Source of the DNA: Lama glama
Lineage: Eukaryota
Assembly (NCBI GenBank): GCA_028534125.1
Contig: CM052816.1
Span: 3,350,001-3,414,000, forward strand
DNA: 64,000 nt
Direction of reading: 5' to 3'
The position numbers and the translations under genes are program-made. This document shows positions 25,874 to 38,452 of this stretch, piece after piece (positions within the stretch are counted from its first letter, which is position 1; each line of letters starts with the position of its first letter). The notes below the pieces were generated by a model that was given only the letters and a program-made list of their open reading frames with translations, made no database searches and was not told the origin of the DNA.

Positions 25874-26984
25874 CTGGAATAATTAGAAATAATGGAAAAT
25901 TAGTGATCCCCGGAAACCAGGCTCGTGCATGCAGCTGCACCTCCTTGCCTGTACAAGGAGGCAATACTGGAGGGCAGCTTGGCCCGAGGCAGATTTTCAG
26001 CAATAATGGCTGCCATGTCATTGATTCATTTGAGAGATATTTCTTGAGCTCCTGCCAAGGGGCCAAGACTGTTCTAGAGGTGACTGACCTAGACAGTAAA
26101 CGAAGGCAAACAGAGAGAATCTCTGTCCTCTTGGGACTCATTACAGATGTTGTCCAACCATCACCACAGCATTGCAGGCAAGGGATTTTTATCCTCAATT
26201 TCCTGGTGAGGATGCTGAGTGCCTCAGAGCTGAGGTGACCTTCTCATGCCCCGCAAATGCAAGTGGCAGACCTGGGATCTGAACCTTGAATGTGGCAGGT
26301 GAGCCAAACCCTTGCTCTTTCTACCAGGCCACGGCGCCTCCATTCAACCAACGTTAGAAGCCGCTTCTCTGTTCTCCCACAAGGGCACAACGCTTTCTGC
26401 CCTGGAAGCTCCATCAGTTCCTTAATGGGAATATATGTTGCAGGTCCTTTCCTGAGTGCTGGCTTTGCTGCAGGGCAGAGAACACGAAGCTGCTGGTGGC
26501 AGCTGCTGTTGGTTCGCGAGGGAAGTGGGGAGAAGAGAAAGCCCTCAGAATGGACCCTTCGCCCTCTTTGATAACTTTGCCAGTGCTGATGAAATATGTG
26601 CAAACAGAGAGACCAGTTTACTCATTCTTGGTAGGAACCTTAAAACCTTAACTCTGTTTTAACTACTTTGTGTCTAATGGTCAGTTCCTCCCAGCTGTAA
26701 ATCTGTGCAGGTGGAATTTGCAAAGCCTATTATTATGGTGTATTTAACTTAGACATAGTGAGGGCCACAAGCGGAGGCCAGAGAGAGACAGGAGCCCCGT
26801 GTGGTGGGCAGACACTTGCAGTGTATGGAACAAAGGATACACAGTTAGAACAACATAAGCCCCTCCACCTGCCAATCCCAAAGGTGGGTCATCTACACAT
26901 GCAAATAATACAGACAGATGGCCATGCTACTTGTTTGAATCCTAGAAGCTCAGGGTTAGAAAAGATTTTAGAAAGATTCTCTAG

Positions 26985-27160
26985 CCCAGGGTTATCACAA
27001 CCGCAGCACTGTGGACACCTGGGGGCCCAGTAATTCTTTGCTGGGGGGCTGTCCTGCACATTATAGGATGTTTAGCAGCCTCCCTGACCCCTGTCAACTG
27101 GATGCCAGACATCATCACGTGTTCCCAGGGGACAAAATCACCCCTGGTTGGGAACCACTG
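26985..27160. mobile_element. hAT-Charlie MER20-like
   Basis: gcactgtggacacctggggg...taattctttgctggggggctgtcctgcacattataggatgtttagcagc...tgggaaccactg. Confidence 0.75.
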
Positions 27161-27689
27161 ATCGGGCCTGACTCCCTACACCCCCATGTTCCACCCTTGG
27201 TTGATAATCACAACCACACGAAGAGGCTGAAGCACAACAGAAGACAAAACCAAACAACCACCACAAGCAGTTGACCTCGCTCCCCCCTCCATGTGACATG
27301 CTTAGAATCTCCAGGACTCGGACCCTGGGACCTGAACTTTTAAAAGGCTTGTCATGTGACTCTCATGGCCGTCCAGCGTTGGCCGCCACTGACCTAACCA
27401 AACGTGCAGGTCCTATTTATAACAGTCCTGGAGAGCAGTCTCTGTCTTTGGAAAGAACACTGGTAGTTAGAAAGCTCATCCCTGCACAGAAACATAACCT
27501 GCTTCCTCTGACTTGGCCCTAAACTTGCAGAGGGGCGCCAGAGTGGGGGGACAGTCAGCCTTTACATCAGTGTGCATCCTTGCCAAACCTGTCGTTTAAC
27601 CACAAAAACTTCATGAGACTCTCAAAACTCATTCTTATCTCTGCTTAGAGTCTCAAGGGTCTCTTTTGAAATCTGAGAGAAGGGGAGAG

Positions 27690-28145
27690 TGCGGGAATCA
27701 GATGAAGGTGGTCAAAAGGTACAGACTTCCAGTTATAAAATAAGCCCTGGGGATGTAACGTACAGCCTGGTGACTGCAGTTAACCAGACTGTACTGTATG
27801 TTTGAAAGTTGCTAAGAGAGGAGCTCTGGAAAGTTCTCATCGCAAGGAAAAAACTGGAACTGTGTGTAGAGATGGATGTTCATTCAACTTATTGTATTAA
27901 TTATTTTGCAGTATATTCATAAATCAAATCATTATGCTGCACACCTTAAATTTTAGTCATTTTTAAAAAAAATTTTCTTGAAGTACAGTCAGTTTATAAT
28001 GTTGTGTCAATTTCTGGTGTGCGGCGTAATGCACATATTCTTTTTCACCATAGGTGACTACAAGATATTGAATCTAGTTCCCTGTGCTATACAGTATGAA
28101 CTTGTTTTTATAAGTCAATTATATCTCACAAAAACTGGAAAAAGA
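27690..28145 (+). mobile_element. L1MA-type 3' end interrupted by an antisense younger L1 3' fragment (~27955-28105)
   Basis: gaaggtggtcaaaaggtacagacttccagttataaaataag...aaatcattatgctgcacacct, insert ttgaagtacagtcagtttataatgttgtgtcaatttctgg...ccctgtgctatacagta, then gtcaattatatctca. Confidence 0.75.
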
Positions 28146-28794
28146 AAGAAATTTGAAGCTGAGACCTGAATCTTCAGATCTCTGTTGTTCAACCTTGACC
28201 ATCCTTTCCCAAGGTCATGTGCTAGGGCTGCCCTAGCTGTTGCCGGAAAGCGAAGGAAGAATTGAGGGAAATACAGAAGATTTCTTGTCCTAAGATATCG
28301 TAGTATTCTAGGACAGTCGTAGGACTGTCTTTGTACACCCAGAATTTACTTTAATGGTTTTGTATTTTGTGAATTTTTCCCCTTCTTTTTCTTTTTTCAT
28401 TTATTTTGTCTTCTTTCTTTTTTTGCTTTTCATGAATTTTTTTTTTAAATTCAAGAGAATGAGTTGTAAATCTTTCTGGACCCATGGTGCCATCATATGC
28501 CCACAGTTAGCTTTCCACTTTCTGCACCGTGTGCTCTGTGCATAATCGGGAACAAGGTGAGGACAGAGGAGAGCTAACCAGATTCTTACTTTCTTTTTCT
28601 CCGATACACATGTAAACTGTTTATCTAATGCAATAGTTAAGACCCTTCTAATTTTCCTTACAAATCATCCTTTTAAAAAAAAGCTTTGGTTTTCCAAATA
28701 TTAGATTTTCCCCACTTTGGGGTCAGTAGTTTATTCAGTTTCTGAAGTGAAGGCGATTTATGTGACACCAAAACTCCTGGATTAGTGCATTAGA

Positions 28795-29300
28795 TTTTAA
28801 AACAGCTTTTGAGGCATAATTTAGATACCATGAAATTCTCCTGTGTCAAGTGTACAATTCAGTGATTTTTAGCAAAATTATAGAGTTGTGCAACCATCAC
28901 CACAATCTAATTTTAGAACATTACCATCACTCCCAAAGGACACCTCTATCATATGTACCCCTGTCACACTAATATGCCTTTCTATAGATTTGCCTATTCT
29001 AGAAATGTTCATATAAATGAAATCATATAATATGTGGTCTCTTGTGACTGGATTCTTACACTTAGCATATTGTTTTCATGGTTCATCAAGTTGCAGCATG
29101 TATCAGCCCATTCCTTTTCATGGCTGAATAATATTCCATTGTATGGATTACACCACATTTGGTTTATCTATTCATCAGCTGCTGGGCATTGGGGTTGTTG
29201 TTTACACCTTTGGCCATTGTGAATAGTGAGTCTGTGTCTGGCTTCTTTTACTCAACATCATGTTTGTGATATTTATCCATGTCCTACATGTAGCATTGCT
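28795..29300 (-). mobile_element. L1MB/ME-type 3' fragment
   Basis: gttgtgcaaccatcaccacaatctaattttagaaca...tcatggctgaataatattccattgtatgg. Confidence 0.8.
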
Positions 29301-31805
29301 TTTCTTTAAGATTTCTCCTCTTTTGCCAAATATTGAAATTTTTGCTTTTGCCTCATTGAAATGTGATGGGTTAAATGCAAGGCAGGAAGAAACAAAACTT
29401 TAGCCAAGGCAGATGTTATCTGCATGTGTAACTTATTCTAAAGGGAAGCAGCATAGACCAAAAAAACCCAGAAGTCTCTCAAGTGTCTGTGAAGAAGGGA
29501 GTGGGAACATCTGTTCTATTTAAGAATGTTTTGCTGTTGTTATTATTCTTTCAAAGTAGCCATTATTATTTTGTTAAATCTGGGATTAGAGAGGGGCCCA
29601 ACTGTTAACAAGAGCAAAGTAACCCACAGGCATCAGAGAAAGGAGAGGTAAGGTTTGCAGCCAGCTCTGCCAAGCATGGGAGGCTGTCAGGGCTCTTCCT
29701 CCATTATGGCTGCTCTGGTGGCATTCAGTAATGGTGACAGGAAACTCTGGTTTGGGGCTGTGGCAGCCCAGAGTTCTGAGGGAAAGGAAGCATCCGGCAT
29801 GTGCCTCACCACCTACTTCCTGCAAGGGGCTCAGCGGAAATTACAGCCACCAAGAACGGTGGAGTCTAAAGGATCTTTGCTCCCATCACCGCCATGCAAA
29901 GGGGCACTGATGTGGGCAACGCAGCCAGGGTGGGCTGGGGAAGGGGCTCATTCCCACGGGATGTAGTCAAGGTCTCAGTTTACCTTTTATCACTTTATCT
30001 AGAAAAATAAAGATGCAATAATAGAACAAAAGTCATGCCAAGAAGGTAAAATGCATGGATGGGAAATTTAGGGATAGAAGAATAGAACTTAACTCTTATA
30101 TTCCCTTAATAGTTGTGTGTGCATTCATGTGTGTGTGTGAAGCATCCCTGCGCTAATCTAGACTATGCCACTGACACATATTCTAAATTTGGTTCAGTTT
30201 ACTCCACCATAACACAAAGGCGACTGGCCAGATACTCTTTAAAGGGAATTCTAATGCTAACAGTCTATAATTCTGTGAATTAGAGATATTTCCTGATTAA
30301 GTGTATGAGCTTCTTCAGTTTTCTCAGCTATAAAATGACATCTGCAAGGTGGTTGGGAGAACTGAAGTGCATAGAACAGCTCCTGGAATAATAACACCAG
30401 GACAAGGACTGTTAGGACTAGAACTAGCCGTTATGGTCACATGCTGTGGAATACCGTCTGTTGGAAGTATTCATTCCCTTGTCTTCTTTCATCAGAGACA
30501 TTTTGACTGTGTTAGGAATATTCTTCTTTCTTTCTGTCCGTACAATTTGAAGGGGACCTTACAGAAGATAGTCTTGGTACACAGAGTAGGTTATGGTGAA
30601 AAAGATGGACTGATAGTTTATAGCCTGGTCACACTGCATTGTAATTTATGAGTGTCTCTGACACACAGCCACTCTTCATTCTGTTGGTGGTTCATTCCTT
30701 CTTTTGAAACAATCCCATTATGGAGTCGATACTGCATTTTTAATAACATCTTAGAATCATGGAAACACGATAAACCAATGTCTTAGATGAGTCTCCTGCC
30801 CGAAATTCAGGTCACCAATGTGTGCGATACTCTAAGGTGTGCAGTAACTGCCTGCAAGGAATTTAAGCTCTTCCTAAATGGGTTAAGACAGAGAGAGACT
30901 GCTGAGATCCAGGCCCTTGTGAGAACAGAGCCACTGGAGGGGCCATGACATTGCACCAAGAGGGTTTAAAGGTGGGAAAAACCGCACCTCACGGGTTGGG
31001 GGAAGGAAAGCATGAGAGGCTTCTTAGTGGAGGTGCTGTCTGGAGAACTGATCAAACACAGCAGGAGATGCTTTTCTGTGGTTCCCAAACTTGGGTAAGT
31101 CCCAGAGTCACCTGCATGCCACCTCTTGAGGTTCTAATTGGTAAGGGCTGGAGTCCTGGAATTTGTATTTTTTAAAAGCTTCCCCAATGATGCATGTGAT
31201 CAGCCAGCTTCTCCTAAAACATATTTGTTAATTTAAAAACACTTATTAAGCATTTGACGTATCCATTCATTCAGCAGATACTCACTGAGCAACTTCCTCG
31301 TCATAGGTACAGTTTTAGGTTCCTAGGAACCACAGGAACAGGATAAAGGGTTTATATTCTAGTGGAGAAATATGTATGGGGCAGTACATTGGGGGATTTA
31401 GTTAATAAAAATGAAAGAAATCCATTTTTGGCTAATAAAAATGAATCAACCCATCTCTTAAGGGTCCCATACTTGTTAGATAAGGACACGCTAAATACAC
31501 CCCTGAAACATTTCAGCTGATGTTTCAAACATCATACAAGGCAGGGCCCCAATGACGTTCGCCCTTATAGTATCTAAGGAGGCAAAGAGGATTTGGTGAA
31601 GTAGTTCAGAATATTAGTCAGGAGGAATGTTTCAACTGCCCTAGCAAGCAGAATATATTTAAGGGTCTTCAAAGAACTGCTGTAAAACAGGAAGCATCTT
31701 TTGCTAGTCATTAAGGCGGGCTGCTTTAAATGGTCCATGGGCAACACTTCATTAACCAATGTGTGATTGAAAATAACAAAACTGCAGTTGTTTAAACTCA
31801 GTATA

Positions 31806-31947
31806 GGGGGAGGATATAGCTCAAGTGGTAGAGAGCGTGCTTAGCGTGCATGAGGTCCTGGGTTCAATCCCCAGTGCCTCCTCCAAAAATAAATAAATAA
31901 ACCTAATTAACTCCTCCCCCCAAAAAATAAATAAATAATTTAATAAA
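31806..31947 (+). mobile_element. tRNA-derived SINE, Vic-1-like (ITK intron 8)
   Basis: Near-intact copy; perfect TSD taaactcagtata at 31793-31805 and 31948-31960. Confidence 0.9.
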
Positions 31948-33009
31948 TAAACTCAGTATAATTCAGGTTTTTAATTAATTTAGTTCTTATTGGTTAATTT
32001 AATAACTTATTAAGTTGTCCAACAACATAGGTTGGGAGAAGTAGGTGCTAAGTGGGTTATATTTGCATCACAAGTTTGACTTGGAAAAAAAACAGATTCC
32101 CAGGAACTAACTCTAGAGATTCTGATTTTATAGGTTTGGGGTGGGGCCTGGACATCTGTATTCTCTTGGGTTTCCCAGTGATTCTAATGTGTGCTCTTTT
32201 GGGAACCAGAGGAAATTAGTGATGAGTCAGTATGGAACCAAGTAGAAACCAGAGTCTAGTAATGACTTAGTTTAATTTCTCTTCCTCCATGAAATCGTTC
32301 TGATTCCTCTAGAATCTTCTCAAAACCCTGAGTCCACTGAAAGCCTGCGGCATATTCTCAGTTTATCTTAGACTACCCTCTCTTTTCTTCAGTTTGTCTT
32401 GTTTCCCACTGGAGTCTAAAGCTTACTGAGGTCAAAGATCCTGTCTCCAGTATCTCTAAGCGCTTAGCTCTGTGCTCAGCAAAATGACAAGGTACGTGAG
32501 TTTCTACTGAGAAATCCTCATAAAGGAAATGGTGCAGACATGTCATAATCATGACGGGCGCTGAGACGGCTGACATGGTGTAGACTGCCTGTTACTTATC
32601 CGTCACTGGTAAACACACGAAGACTTTTGGAGAATCCACAAACACCTGAACTTGCTCTCTTTGATGAGAATAAGGAGCCCAAGGGCAGACCATCTCACCT
32701 TGTCCTGTTTGCTAGCTGCCTCCTCACCGGCAACTTCACCAAAGGAGAAAAGCCAGGTTCACTGCCCCAAAATATGGCTGTGAGCCCGCCTTCTCCTCTC
32801 CCCCTTTCTCTTTCAGAAATTATACTTCGGCCTTTGATAGAATGAATCAATCTATCATCAGTTTCCCTCGTACATTAGTAACCAACCCTCTGCCTTTAGA
32901 CTGTTCTTTGACAACACTGGTCATCCCTCCCCATTCCCTTCCTGATACCTTCCCAGGTCCCCGTCTCTCAGCTCACCCCTCCCCACTGTCCAAACTTAAA
33001 ATGGTTACC

Positions 33010-33128
33010 GGTTTGGGTTACCAACTGTCTCAGTTAGTCCAGGACTGAGGTAGGGGTGCTCCTGGGACACAGGACTCAGTTTTAAAACTGGAACAATCCC
33101 TGGAAACCAAGACGAATTGGTCACTCCA
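33010..33128. mobile_element. hAT-Blackjack MER94/MER81-like
   Basis: gggttaccaactgtctcagttagtccaggactg...gacgaattggtcact inverted termini. Confidence 0.55.
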
Positions 33129-33404
33129 GCATCGTTCCATCCAGGAGAGATTTGACTGTCCTTTATGACTGGATCACCGCATTCTGTTGATTCTTATTTT
33201 GTGGTTGGCTTTATTCCTTTGATAACTGTGTGAGCTTGAAAAGCTAAAGCTCTAATCTGTTCTTAGAAACAATGATCAGTACCTATATGTAAACTAAAAA
33301 AAAAGTGCAGTATATTGTATATACGTATTTATGTGCACATAATGTATATGTGCAGTCAAACTAATAATTCTACCTAATAGAACTGAAAAAGGACGAAAAG
33401 ATTC

Positions 33405-33558
33405 TTTTTTTCAAATCTATTTAAATGCATTGGTTTTTATTGATTGATTGGGGGGGAATTCGTGTTTTTGTTTTGTCTTTATCGGAAGTACTGAGGATTG
33501 AACCCAGGACCTCCTGCATGCTAAGCATGCACTCTAGCACTGAGCTACACCCTCCTCC
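33405..33558 (-). mobile_element. tRNA-derived SINE, Vic-1-like (ITK intron 8)
   Basis: Reverse complement body gattgaacccaggacctcctgcatgctaagcatgcactctagcactgagcta. Confidence 0.83.
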
Positions 33559-34993
33559 GAAATTCTTAAAGATAGAAAATACCTTCAAACCATAACTGGA
33601 AAATGGTATATGGTAAAATGGCAGGGATAGGGTTGACGTTTTGGCACAAGGAAACTAAGGCCTCCATCAACTCCCACTTAACTGTTTACTGGCCTCACTT
33701 GTGAGGCTTGTGTTGGCTATGGGTCATTAATATTATCTGAATATTAGACAGCCCTGGAGAGATTTTTCTCTAAATTACTAATGCTTGAATCCTACCTAGA
33801 GATTCTGATTTAATGAATCTGGGGTGGGACCTGGGCATTGGTATTTTTAAAATGTTTCCCAGGTGATTTTACTGTGCAGACAGGCCTGAGAAGCACTGCT
33901 GTAAGCATTTAAGCTGATAAATTAATTGATTTTTCCGTGGAAAGCCTTCTCTCAATACCTCCGCACATTTGGTTTCTCTGCAAGAGCCATAAATGTGCAA
34001 TTTTCAGTGCTACTCTAAGTGGTCTGTGGATGGGTGCCAGTTGGCAAATTGTTACTGGTCCACCACCAGATAAAAAAAGAAATTGAGAGTGAGCGTTTAG
34101 AATCTTTTGATAGGAATCAAACAGAGTAATTTTATGTCTAATGAATCTGATACTAAGAAAAAATTGGACTTGCATTTTTTTGTGCCTTCACTTCTTATTT
34201 TTCTTAGTATCTTTTCTAGGAATTCATTTTTATTGCCTTTTACAAACATAAGTCTATGACAAATTGGAAATTAAAAACCAACCACAGAAAAGAATCCATC
34301 CCCACAGATACTTTGAGAGGCACTGCCTTAAAATAACAAATGCTTTTCTGATCCAGGAAGAGAGGGTTTACCTTGCATGCCAGTCAACCGATGGCAGGTG
34401 CTTGGAGCACTGTTTTGAAGGGTCCCCAGCCATGATCTCTGATCCTGCCTCGGCCAGAGGACCAGGAGCAGAGAGTGGCAAGATGAACCTGGGAAATTGT
34501 CCTCCCTGACTTCATCCAGAGCTTCCCTGTGCTCACTGAGAAACTGAGGCCCAGAAGGAAGACGAGATGTCCCCAAAGTTACACACTGAGTTGGAGACAG
34601 AGCAGCGGCCAGGACCCAGTACTTTCCCCACCACACCATGCCTTCTCTCTTCTCAACCCTCTTTCCCTGAATCCTGACATCCCTCCGTAAGATCAGTCCT
34701 GCTCCTCACACCGTATGGCTCTTGAGAACAGGTGCATGAAAAACAAGTTAAAACAAGTGGTGTATTTCACGTACTGCACGTCCAGACTGAGGCCTTTGAC
34801 TCCCCCAGTTTTCTTACTCTGTTGTGTGCTAGCCCTATAAACCCCCAGAATATTTTTCCCAGCCATGATCACCACTGTTAATCTAATGCATCAACTCATT
34901 GAATTAGCACAAACCACAGCATGGCTGGGAAAAAACAAAACAAAACCACAGTTCATTTTATTGGAAGTCAAAAGACAGGTTAGGGAGACTTAC

Positions 34994-35048
34994 TGTGTCC
35001 AAAAGAAGTTTTTCAGCTTTATCTCGGCTGATACTCTTATTGTACCAC
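34994..35048 (-). CDS. ITK: ITK exon 8 (SH2 start)
   Basis: tttcag|G TGG; WYNKSISRDKAEKLLLDT; donor ACA|gtaagt; 55 nt. Confidence 0.97.
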
Positions 35049-36739
35049 CTGAAAGCAGGAAAAAGCCATAGGTCAATAACATTTTTAAAACATTTCATTA
35101 TTTACTTATAAGAGACAATGCCAGACAATGTTTTGTTCTTTTCCTGTTTCCTACCAGTGCTTTCAGACTCAAAAGCAAAGATGTGAACCATTTCCAGGTA
35201 ATAAAATGTTTAACTGGAAGGGAACAAATGAATCAGAATTGGTAAAATATTGATAATTGTTGAAGTTGGGTTTTGGGTACATGGAGGTTCATTATATTTT
35301 TCTTTCTACTTTGGTGCATGTTGGAAATTTTCCTTGATAAAATTTTAGAAAGCATTTCTCTTCTGCTCTATTTCACAGGTCAGTGGGTGGTTATAAGTAG
35401 GTTGAGGCTAGGACAGCGATAAAAATTTAATATAACTTTGAAAGTGTGGCATATATCCTTTTAAAACTATTGCAGTATTTTTCTCTGTAAGAGTGATTCT
35501 CAAGATCTTTTGCAAAGTAATTGTATTTTCTTCCCAGCTGCACAAAGGCTCCTACACAAATGACACTGACAGTGTCTCATAAGACAAGTTTATCTTTGTA
35601 AAAAATGCAAATGTAGAAAAACTTTAGACATTGCTGTCATTCCTTGTCAAAGGAGTGCCAAATTTATTTGCTGAATAAACTAAAAAAATATAATGGATAT
35701 AATCTGCTAAAAATAAGGTAAATATTCACATATGTTCTACGTGTTACAAAGCAAACTTCAAAGTTAGTTTAAAAGGACACTGTCTCATGGGGTTCATTGT
35801 TCAATTTTCATATTGCTTCATTTCATGTTTCTGATTTTATTGTACAACTATTTGTATTTCTCCAGATTTCAGGATAATTTTCTCAGGATAAGCGTGTCAT
35901 TTCTTCTCTGGGGAAATTTTAAAAGTCAGATTTTCTATAAGCAATTTCAATAATAGATTAAATATGTAAATAAAAAGGAAAGTAAAAGATACTAGGTTTT
36001 AAACTTTCTCTCTGAACTTAGCTACCAAAGACTAGATCTTAATAGCCTGGAATAATAAGTCAGACACTTGGGAACAATGCAGTGTGAAGGAATGATCTGG
36101 CTAAGGGGGAAAAATGAATCTAAGTACACCATTGGTTCAATGTCATTTTCATAGTTTGGCTGTCATTAACATGCTTACTGCTAAAAGCTCTTCTTCATAC
36201 ACGTCAGGGCATTTGAAACTAGAAGTCCATCTCTTTGCCTGGCTGGCCAGTAGTTTGGAAGTATGGAATATCATACTCAAGCAAGCAACAGCAGATGGCA
36301 TGTAACATAGATGCAGTGTGGTATCACTCTTGGAATTTTAATGACTGATGACTCTGAACTTGAATTACACAAGTTTATATATATACAAGGACGCTAACTG
36401 ACTTTTCATAAAGGTTCCATTAGAACTGCCTAGGTATGAGCTTTGGCATCTTCAGTACATCCTGATTAGTCTCTTTTTTGCATTGGCCGTACTTAGGCTG
36501 AAATCACCTCTCTGGCCAGTGGACTCCATCAGACTTTGCTGGGAGGAAAGCTCCAGCCATCCTCTGGAGAGAACTTCAAGACTGCAAAAATAATAAGTTA
36601 ATGGGCGGCTCACCTATCACATGTCAGAAAGTGTTATAAGCAGGTTATGAAACTTGCCCAAGGTCACTGAACTAGTCAAAAGTAGGCAGAATGTGAACCC
36701 AGGCAGTCTGGCTCCAGAGTCCATGCTCTCACCATCACA

Positions 36740-37530
36740 TCGGTTTGGATTTGTCTAGTTCCTCATGACTGATTCAGGTTGTGTGTGTTTGGGCGGGAGC
36801 ATCACAGAAGTGATGCTGTGTCCTTCTCAGTACGACACGTCAGGAGGTGCACGGTGTCTGCTTGCCCCGTTACTAATGTGAACTGGGATCGCTTGCTTAA
36901 GATGGGGTCACCAGGTATTTCCTCTTTGTTATTATTAATCAGTGACTTGACACTATGTAAATATCAACTTTCACCCTCTACTTGCGACATTCACTGGTGA
37001 TTCTTACCTGAATCAGTTGGTACGTTGACTTATAAAATGGTGATTTTAAAACTTTACCATTCCTTCTACATTCATTAGTTGGCATTTTACTGTAAGAAAG
37101 AGCTTTTTTTCTCTTGCATATGTATTTACTGAATTATTTATCAAGCCATCTATTATTATGGGTTCTTATTTTGTTTAATGGATTGTAGTCCATTACTGTC
37201 ATTATTTATTTTGACACTCAAATTGTCCCAGATTTGGTCAGAAGGAGCATTTTAAAGCTGACTTTTGTACTCATCTGATATGTCTACATTATTTCACAAA
37301 AAAAGGTTGAGGTGTACCTCTTTACTTTTTGGTGCAATAAAGTGTTCCAAGTTGATCTTTGTTCTTTCCCTGCCCTGATTCTGAATCTCCAAGCCATTTC
37401 CCTAAGAAGTCCTGGTTCTCTTTAGTGGGAAGTATTATTTAGAAACCAGGATCTGGGTGTGCACATCGCTGCTGTGGTGTGATTGTTTCTGGGCTTTCCA
37501 GCAACCGAACTAGGAAATAAATGTATGTGG
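36740..37530 (-). mobile_element. Old L1M 3' fragment
   Basis: T-rich L1MC/MD motifs (ctcaaattgtcccagatttggtca..., agccatttccctaagaagtcctggttc). Confidence 0.65.
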
Positions 37531-38024
37531 TGAGTACATTGCCCTCCACAGTTGGATTTTATTAAACGTTAAGTCATTCCATTAAAATTATATCCATGGG
37601 AACTCTTCTTTTAAATGACAGCTTGAAATAACACAAGGTAAGCACATATTTAATACTCATTTGTTTGTCCTGTCTCTTGGTATTGGATGTATTGCATTAA
37701 ACCATGTTTTAAATCAATTTGCATTTGATCCAATGTTCATAGTGTTTTTTCCTTCTCAGTTAAGATCAATATTCCCAGGATTCCTGGAAGAAGCTTTTCT
37801 TTTTACTACAATATGTGCAGGCATCTGAGAAGTATCCCTTAGATGAGAGGGGAGGTGGGTGTGTATACCTTCCTCTTCTCCCATTTAAAGTGACTTTCAA
37901 TTGTTTATTTAGAGATCAAAGTATGCAGGTCAAGAAGAGAAAATGCCTGGTACTTTAATAATCAACCAATAATTCACTCCTAACCTTAGCACCATGTGTT
38001 TGGAAAGCAAACAAAACATCTTAC

Positions 38025-38090
38025 TCGTAGGTTTCCAGGTTATTTGGAGACTTTTCCACCAGGTAACTGCTTGGCACGTATCCTTCATGC
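38025..38090 (-). CDS. ITK: ITK exon 7 (SH3 C-terminus)
   Basis: taacag|G CAT; HEGYVPSSYLVEKSPNNLETY(E); donor GA|gtaaga; 66 nt. Confidence 0.97.
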
Positions 38091-38424
38091 CTGTTACAAG
38101 AGAAATTCGTGTTTAGACTAATTAGTGTTATAGAATTAATTTTCACAGCTCCATTTTATAGGTTTAATCAACTAAAAGTCTTTTAAAGATGAGGAAGCCT
38201 CATGTTATTTGGCATTCAGGAGACATTTTAAATTTTTTGAAGAAGAGAATTGCAAAATATAACAACCTCAAGTTAAAGGCTATAGATTTTACCACTAAAA
38301 TATGAACCATATTAAATAAGTAGCTACTTTACTTTAAAAACTGCTTGCTAATCTCCTCATTGTGAAATTTCCTCTACTGGAAAAAAGATTAATATTCAGT
38401 CTCTGTCTTCTATTAGGAAACATT

Positions 38425-38452
38425 TGTGTGTGTGTGTGTGTGTGTGTGTGTG
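38425..38452. repeat. (TG)n microsatellite
   Basis: Directly visible. Confidence 0.95.

Noticed and set aside
31806..31880. tRNA genes at SINE heads
   Set aside because: A/B boxes belong to multi-copy SINEs with a shared tail and TSDs
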